NCBI GenBank assembly: GCA_963796105.1
Contig: CAWCKJ010000012.1
Coordinates: forward strand, 273,268 to 337,267
Origin: a candidate division FCPU426 bacterium
Lineage (GTDB): Bacteria; Oederibacteriota; Muellerivitia; Muellerivitales; Muellerivitaceae
DNA: 64,000 bases
Reading direction: 5' to 3'
A program made the translations under genes and the position numbers. The notes under the pieces were generated by a model. The model was not told where the DNA came from. It saw only the letters and a list, made by a program, of their open reading frames with translations, and ran no database searches. Positions 58,041 through 64,000 of this stretch are shown here, in pieces. Numbering within the stretch: the stretch's first letter is position 1; each line of letters begins with the position of its first letter.

Positions 58041-58668
58041 TGGGGCATTGAGGATCCTTTTGTAATTGGTTTTTAATAACCTCTACCTGACCCAACCATT
58101 CCAAAACTTCAGATAATCCTTGAGTGTCATTGGCCACGAGCTTTAACCCCCTGTCTGGCCACCGACTTTGACCCCACCTCTGGCCGGTTACTTTGACTCT
58201 GGAACCACGAGAACCACGAGAACCCGGGAATCCTGGAACTCCTGGAACCGGCCTGGAACCACGACACCCGGGAAACCTGGAACTCTGGAACTCCTGGAAC
58301 TGGCCTGGAACCACGACACCCGGGAAACCTGGAACTCTGGAACTCCTGGAACCGGCCTGGAACCATGACACCCGGGAAACCTGGAACTCTGGAACTCCTG
58401 GAACCGGCCTGGAACCACGACACCCGGGAATCCTGGAACTCTGGAACTCCTGGAACCGGCCTGGAACCACGACACCCGGGAAACCTGGAACTCTGGAACT
58501 CCTGGAACCGGCCTGGAACCGTAGAAAACAGGGGATATTGGCTGACTCAAGAACAAATGAAGGGGTTTTATATGGCTCAAGGATTATCTGAAGTTTTGGA
58601 ATGGTTGGGTCAGGTAGAGGTTATTAAAAACCAATTACAAAAGGATCCTCAATGCCCCAGGGCAAGCC
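58032..58668. repeat. Perfect 93-bp inverted repeat (58032-58124 / 58576-58668)
   Basis: Exact reverse complements; both strands translate QGLSEVLEWLGQVEVIKNQLQKDPQCPRAS. Confidence 0.95.
58200..58520. repeat. 52-bp tandem repeat (5 full units plus 1 degenerate) built from CTGGAAC subunits
   Basis: Unit starts at 58261, 58313, 58365, 58417, 58469. Confidence 0.95.
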
Positions 58669-59108
58669 TGATGCAAACCCTCAATGTTAAAAAAGGCCGT
58701 TTAAGTTATCTTTATAAGATAAACGCTTGTTTCGACCAACAGGCCTTAAATCGGGTCCGCCAAGCGGCCCAATCCACCCCTCCCGCCTTCGTCCCTTTCG
58801 GAAACGCCCGGGCCTTGGCCGACTTAGGCGACAAGATCCCCAACCCTTATGAACCGGTCCGTGAGGCGTTGGAAGTTGTTATTTCAAATCAAATCACCCT
58901 CCCGCAAATTGAAGCCCTGGTGGCTTGGATGGCCGGTGGTAAACCAGCCAAGGATTTTGACCTCTCTAAAGCCAAAACGATTTCGACTCCCGTTGGTCGC
59001 TCACCGCTGGCGGATTCAGCGGATTCAACAACCCAACCTCAAGAAAAACATAGGGGTCAGGCCACACGCTCCGCAGCGTGTGGCAGTGATCATTCATCAC
59101 TTTATTAG
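58572..59108 (+). CDS. ParB/Spo0J-like HTH protein lacking the N-terminal CTPase domain, 3' end disrupted by RAYT element 2
   Basis: FGNARALA and ISNQITLPQIEALV resemble ParB GHARALL and LSVR.LE.LV; AAGGGG RBS. Confidence 0.55.
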   Translation: MAQGLSEVLEWLGQVEVIKNQLQKDPQCPRASLMQTLNVKKGRLSYLYKINACFDQQALNRVRQAAQSTPPAFVPFGNARALADLGDKIPNPYEPVREALEVVISNQITLPQIEALVAWMAGGKPAKDFDLSKAKTISTPVGRSPLADSADSTTQPQEKHRGQATRSAACGSDHSSLY

Positions 59109-60101
59109 CTTTTGTGCAAACTTTTCGTCTTCCGCCAACCTTTTTTTGATCTTCATCAATCGGTTTCCCACCGCGCTTTCCCCCACCCCCATCTTCATTC
59201 CTATCGCCTTGGAACTCATTCCTAATTTTCTCTTTAATAAATATATCGCCATATCCCGGGCTTCCGACTCCCTTTTGCCTGCCCTCAATATTTCCTCCGC
59301 TTTTTCACCATACATTCTTCCTACTTTCTCCAGCACTTCTTTCGGATCTTGCTTTACCACGTGTTTCTGGTATTTCGGTACATCCAAATGTTTGTGACGT
59401 TGCCCTACTTCGTGAACCTTGTCCAAAAACTCCTTACCACCCAGGTATATACGCGAATACAAATCATCCCAAGGCTTTTCTTTCTTCCCCATCCCCTCTT
59501 CCACAAAAGTCCTGTATGATTTTTGCGCCTTTTTTCTTTCCTTTCCAAACTGCCCTAATAACCAGTCCACTTCCAGCCATTTTTCCGCCCTATCAAATCC
59601 CGCTGTCGCCCGATAACTACTCCACTTCCAGTCTTTGGGGTGTTTTACCATCCGGGCCCTTACCGGATTCAATACCACATACCGGCTTAATTCCTTTAAA
59701 TAACTGTCCTTCTCCACAATAATGGCCTTATACCGCCCCTGGAACAAATGTCCGTTCCGATAATGCTTTTTATTGAATTTTTGTGTGTATTGGGCGTTTA
59801 AATGTTTCATGGCTGTTGATAAATTCGCGCTTGGGGTTTCCAGCATCAAATGGCAATGATTATCCATCAATACCCAAGCGTGACATAACACACCATTCTC
59901 TTCAACCATTTCCCCCAATAACCGAATAAACATCCAGCGGTCGGCGTCATTCATAACAATCTTTCGCCGTTCATTACCGCGCGAGGTTACATGGTAAACC
60001 GCCCCTTCATAATGGATCCGTTTAGGCCTTGGCATTAGGGCATTGTAAACAACTCACACCATTTGTAAAGTGATGAATGATGGCCTGACCCCTTTGTTTT
60101 C
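59043..60101. mobile_element. RAYT element 2 with inverted ends
   Basis: GAAAAACATAGGGGTCAGGCC..ATCATTCATCACTTTA mirrored by TAAAGTGATGAATGATGGCCTGACCCCTTTGTTTTC. Confidence 0.8.
59097..60035 (-). CDS. HUH/Y1 tyrosine transposase (RAYT-like) with C-terminal HTH, copy 2
   Basis: YHVTSRGN, MDNHCH, LFQGRY, YVVLNPVRA, WKWSSY. Confidence 0.93.
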   Translation of the reverse strand: MPRPKRIHYEGAVYHVTSRGNERRKIVMNDADRWMFIRLLGEMVEENGVLCHAWVLMDNHCHLMLETPSANLSTAMKHLNAQYTQKFNKKHYRNGHLFQGRYKAIIVEKDSYLKELSRYVVLNPVRARMVKHPKDWKWSSYRATAGFDRAEKWLEVDWLLGQFGKERKKAQKSYRTFVEEGMGKKEKPWDDLYSRIYLGGKEFLDKVHEVGQRHKHLDVPKYQKHVVKQDPKEVLEKVGRMYGEKAEEILRAGKRESEARDMAIYLLKRKLGMSSKAIGMKMGVGESAVGNRLMKIKKRLAEDEKFAQKLIK

Positions 60102-60638
60102 ATCCAATTGCTTTACCATTTCGGGGTGATCCAGGGAAAGATCAAGGATTATCCCGGAGCGGAAAAAACCCTGGCTGAATGCGTAAAGACCGGACAAAAG
60201 ATTTTTGACATGCAAAATCCGTTTGTCTCGAAATGCTTGGCGACCCTTGCCAAAGCCAACCAGGCCAACGGCCATCTCGACCAAGTAGAATCCAGCCTGA
60301 AACAATCCCTGGAACTGCGCAAGAGGTATTACACGGTGAACAGCGAACAAGCGGCGGATGCCATGGAAGCCATGGCCGATTTTTACCTTTCCCAGGGTCA
60401 TAAAGAAAAAGCCCAGTCTTTGTATGACCAGGCCCTCAAGGTTTACAAGCAGTTCATCGGGACGGATTACTCTTATCCCTCATTGCCTTTGCTTCAAAAG
60501 ATGGCCAATGCATATCAGGCCGCAGCTGATCAAGCCACAGCTTTGAAAATGCGGAAAAAGATATTGAAAGCCCTAACGGATTTTCTCGGCCCAGACCACC
60601 CCCGGACCGTCCGATTTAGGACAATGTATAATTTCTGA
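60102..60638 (+). pseudogene. 5'-truncated TPR protein, paralog of 53675-54808
   Basis: ADAMEAMADFY...SLYDQALKVY aligns with ADALRALGDFY...SLYEQALKIY; no RBS, begins at the element end. Confidence 0.7.
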
Positions 60639-60724
60639 GGTATTCAAACTGGAAGGTAAATCTTTTATCTGCGTTTCTCGTGGACAATCAAATCCCCTAA
60701 CGAGGTCAGACCCGACTCTTTTAT

Positions 60725-61189
60725 TCAGTTTCGCACTTCCTTTTCAATCGTTCCCTTACCATGACAAGTTGGGCAAACTTTTTTGCCATTACAGACCGGG
60801 CATACGGCTTTACCCGTTCCATTGCAAACAGGGCAAATACCCACGTCCGTCCAATGGCCGTTGATAAGTTGAATGACGTGGCCCACATGGCCCTGGTTGT
60901 AGGCCGACCATCCGCCATTGGAATAATCAAACTTGTGCCAGAGATCCGTATCGGGATGATCCTTTACGTACATATGAACCCATTCCCCCCGGGTTAATTG
61001 AAGGCAATCGGGATTCGGGCATGGAATGGTACCGTGGATGCAACCCGGCGCGCCGCAGGAAGCCTTCCCAGTACCATCACAATCCGGGCATTTAACAGTC
61101 ACATATTCCTTGTGAAATACCTCATAACCAAAATATCCAATGATCCCTAACATAAGGGTTAACATAAGAAAAAAAGTGCTTTTTTTCAT
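60725..61189 (-). CDS. Membrane-anchored protein with DnaJ-type CxxCxGxG zinc fingers
   Basis: N-terminal TM; CPDCDGTG, CPVCNGTG, CPVCNG, CPTCHGKG. Confidence 0.8.
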   Translation of the reverse strand: MKKSTFFLMLTLMLGIIGYFGYEVFHKEYVTVKCPDCDGTGKASCGAPGCIHGTIPCPNPDCLQLTRGEWVHMYVKDHPDTDLWHKFDYSNGGWSAYNQGHVGHVIQLINGHWTDVGICPVCNGTGKAVCPVCNGKKVCPTCHGKGTIEKEVRN

Positions 61190-61396
61190 AAAATCTCCAA
61201 ACAAACCAGTGAAAGTTCTGCGCCAAACACGTCTGCTGTTAAAAAGTTTGCACTGTTCTTGTTGAAGGTCTCGGTGGAATCCATAGTAAAAAAATAATAT
61301 CCCTTTTCCTTTAAAATTTTCCGTTCAAAAACTAACTTCGACCTCATTATGCCCTTATGCTGGCCTTGTTTCTATCACGTTTATAAGGAGCTGTCC

Positions 61397-62506
61397 ATGA
61401 CCCGTCGGAAATTTGTCACCGAATTGAAACGTATATTCCAGGATTCCCAGGAAGCTGTCATTCAGTACCTCATCCAGGAAATCAAGTTTCTCTCTGCACA
61501 TCTGACCCATCGTCCAAAACCCACCGAAGGCGAAAAAGCCGCTTTAGCCCGCGCCGCCAAGGCCCTAGACCCGGCTTACCTCGAAAAGGCCTTCAACCTA
61601 TTCACCCCAGCCACTCTTTACCGCTGGTATCGGGAATTGGTGCGGGAAAAATGGGATTATTCCAAGTTACGCAAATACCCCGGACGGCCAAAGATCAATA
61701 GAGAGCTTGAGGATTTGATCGTCAAACTCGCCCTGGAAAACCCCAACGACGGCTACGAAACCCTCGTCGGCAGGCTGAAAATTCTTGGTTTTGATTCCAA
61801 TACCGAAACCATCCAAAACGTCCTCAAACGAAACGGAATTCCTCCTTCTCCAGAACGCAAGGTAGGCCTAACCTGGAAGGAGTTCCTGGAAATCCATTGG
61901 GATAACCTAGCCGCCACCGACTTCTTTACCTGGGAAGTCCTGACGCCATTTGGATTGGTTACCTATTATGTCCTTTTCTTCATCCGTCTCAAAACCCGAG
62001 AAGTCCATTTTGCGGGGGTCACTACAAATCCGGACGAAAACTGGATGCGCCAAATCGCTAGAAATTTCACCGACCCTGAAACAGGTTATTTGAAAGAAAA
62101 AAACATCCTGCTTCATGACCGGGACAGCAAATACACCTCCCATTTCGCCCGTATCTTGAACGAATCAGACGTTCAAACGATAAAGTTGGCATCCCAAAGC
62201 CCTAACATGAATGCCTATGCCGAAAGATTTGTCGGGTCGGTGAAGGAACAATGTTTATCAAGGCTTATCATCATTAGTGAAAAACAACTTCGGAAGGTTT
62301 TAAAAGAATACCTGGCGTTTTATCACCATGAACGTGGCCATCAGGGAATCGGCAATGTCATTCCTTTTCCAAGACCACAAGATAATGTTGGAAGCCGAGA
62401 AGGAAAAATCGTGAGAAAATCGCGTTTAGGAAGTCTTTTAAACTACTACCTACACAAACAAAACTCTGAAACCATAAGCATAAACACCGCGAAAACAGTT
62501 GCGTGA
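61397..62506 (+). mobile_element. IS transposase, integrase-core (DDE) type
   Basis: ATDFF, LLHDRDSKY, SPNMNAYAERFV..VKEQCL, YHHERGHQG; AAGGAG RBS. Confidence 0.88.
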
Positions 62507-62576
62507 ATATTTTTATAGAACGGGGTCAGAGCTAAAATAAAAAGAGTCGCAAAGAAAAAAACCGTTTCATTCACTG

Positions 62577-63086
62577 TTATTTCGGGGGATAGAAACATGT
62601 TAAATAATTAAAAATTAAAAACCAAATTAAGAACGGTATTCCAAAAAGAAGAGATAAATGAAAAATCAACTTTTTAAAGGTTAATGAAAGTGTTTTTCCA
62701 ATTTTAAAAAAGAAAATGATGAATCCAAAAGCCATCAAAAGTGGTATAAAAAAATGTAAAAATGGGATCAATTTTCTGTGCCAAGTTCCAAAAAACCAAA
62801 TAACATTCACTAAATAAAATAAAATCAACAACAATAATAATATTTCAACTTTCTTCGAACGCAGTTTTTCCTCTGAACCATTTGAAAATTTAACAGCTAT
62901 CTTCACCGCAATTGTTGTCCAAAATAGCAAGGGTAATAAATAACCAACCCCTAACCACAAAGCCGCAAGAATATTTGTTCGGTAAATTGGATATCCAAAA
63001 ATCTGGCCTAACAAAAAACATTCAAGAATAATTAAGCAAAATAAAAAAAAGACCATCCAAATTCCAATTTTTTTAAAATTAATCAT
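62577..63086 (-). CDS. AT-rich multi-TM protein, probable immunity protein
   Basis: Immediately downstream of the RHS C-terminal domain; very low GC. Confidence 0.6.
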   Translation of the reverse strand: MINFKKIGIWMVFFLFCLIILECFLLGQIFGYPIYRTNILAALWLGVGYLLPLLFWTTIAVKIAVKFSNGSEEKLRSKKVEILLLLLILFYLVNVIWFFGTWHRKLIPFLHFFIPLLMAFGFIIFFFKIGKTLSLTFKKLIFHLSLLFGIPFLIWFLIFNYLTCFYPPK

Positions 63087-63122
63087 TTTTTTCGCCCCTA
63101 GTTATATTCATCACCTTTCCAA

Positions 63123-64000
63123 TCATAGGCAAGGTAGATTGTTGTAATAATTATACCCATTCGATATATCTGATGCTGCCCTCTGACTATTTCCGAGATC
63201 GGTTGTGGGCTCTCCCGGTCTGAGTGGGTTTCCTAGGGGCCTAAGTAAAGCAGCTAAGTCTTGAGCAAACCACTCTGGATAACCGGCCGCCGCCATATAG
63301 ATTCCGAAATTTACATTTCCCAAATCATGAAGTTGCACTTTTTGATAGAAATGTGGATCGTTAGGATCATATTGATTTGATTGAGGCAACACATGAGTAC
63401 CCCAATCATATGGTCCCCCGCCGTGTAATAAGCCGTAGAAAAAATCATGTGCTGGAGCAAAAGGGTCTAATGGGTTAAAACCTCCCCCACTTGAGACGCT
63501 TCCTGGAAGATCGACTGGGAAATTAGGAATTGGAGGCCAACTAGGATTTCCCGTGTTGGGCATATTGCCCCCGCCACCGCCTCCACATAAACCTAAATAA
63601 TCAGTCCATCGAAGAGGATTGTTATCAACCATCGAATATAAGTTAAGCCCTGCCCTTTCACGCAATGGATCTCTGTTCAGCCAACGGCCTTTTTCTGCGT
63701 CATAAGCCCTAAATAAGGTCAACTCCAAATTAGCTGCTCTCTCCATGAAAAAACCGGTGTAGCCAAAGTCAGCGTCCATATCCCCACTGAGCTTGGTTTG
63801 TCGACCATAGAGATCATAATCGTATTTTGCATGGACAACCCCGTTTGAATCCGTCATTTCCCTCACACTGCCCAAGTGGTCGAGGGTATAAAAATAATTA
63901 ATAGTCCCGATCCGTTCTCCTTGGGCAAAAAACTGTTTCGTAACCGTGCTTCCTGTGCCGTCCCTTTCCTGGCACAATTCACCCCCGACCCACACAAAAG
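63123..64000 (-). CDS. RHS repeat-associated core protein with C-terminal toxin domain (5' end outside the window)
   Basis: DHLGSVR, YDLYG, RAYDAEKGRWLNRDP, NNPLRWTDYLGL cleavage motif. Confidence 0.92.
   Translation of the reverse strand, partial: FVWVGGELCQERDGTGSTVTKQFFAQGERIGTINYFYTLDHLGSVREMTDSNGVVHAKYDYDLYGRQTKLSGDMDADFGYTGFFMERAANLELTLFRAYDAEKGRWLNRDPLRERAGLNLYSMVDNNPLRWTDYLGLCGGGGGGNMPNTGNPSWPPIPNFPVDLPGSVSSGGGFNPLDPFAPAHDFFYGLLHGGGPYDWGTHVLPQSNQYDPNDPHFYQKVQLHDLGNVNFGIYMAAAGYPEWFAQDLAALLRPLGNPLRPGEPTTDLGNSQRAASDISNGYNYYNNLPCL

Noticed and set aside
58200..58520. CRISPR array
   Set aside because: Units are near-identical along their full 52 bp with no unique spacers; no cas genes in the window
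57946..58591. Overlapping ORFs across the 52-bp array
   Set aside because: Period is not a multiple of 3 and the translations are low-complexity in all frames
61200..62525. Terminal inverted repeats of the integrase-core IS
   Set aside because: Only weak GTTCT/AGAAC similarity; ends could not be defined

Overview
Bacterial chromosomal window, probably from a diderm (LolA, RlpA, GT9), with most genes on the minus strand. Housekeeping blocks: Rrf2/IscR-like regulator-sufB-sufC, gntK, recO, yajQ, ftsK-lolA-rodZ, AEC transporter plus beta-glucuronidase, rmlD/BAC coupled to pyrK-pyrD-rlpA-pyrF-pyrE, pcrA-gatCAB, rplM-rpsI, and a futalosine menaquinone cluster (ubiA/mqnP, mqnE, mqnA, mqnC) followed by queF and speE. 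No rRNA, tRNA or CRISPR array was recognised. Two accessory hot spots stand out. (1) 22.9-26.9 kb holds three type II toxin-antitoxin pairs interleaved with a three-part array of 21-22-bp phased repeats and two ~370-bp direct repeats that look structured. (2) 56-64 kb holds two HUH/Y1 (RAYT-like) transposases each bracketed by inverted ends, a shorter copy of the same three-part array, and a 52-bp tandem array enclosed by a perfect 93-bp inverted repeat that duplicates the 5' end of a gene resembling the ParB HTH region without the CTPase domain; an integrase-core IS and an RHS toxin/immunity end follow. Intergenic spacers carry several nested MITE/REP-like elements, including a 77-bp element inserted at the equivalent position of two different palindromic hosts. 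All calls come from reading the sequence by eye; no searches were run.
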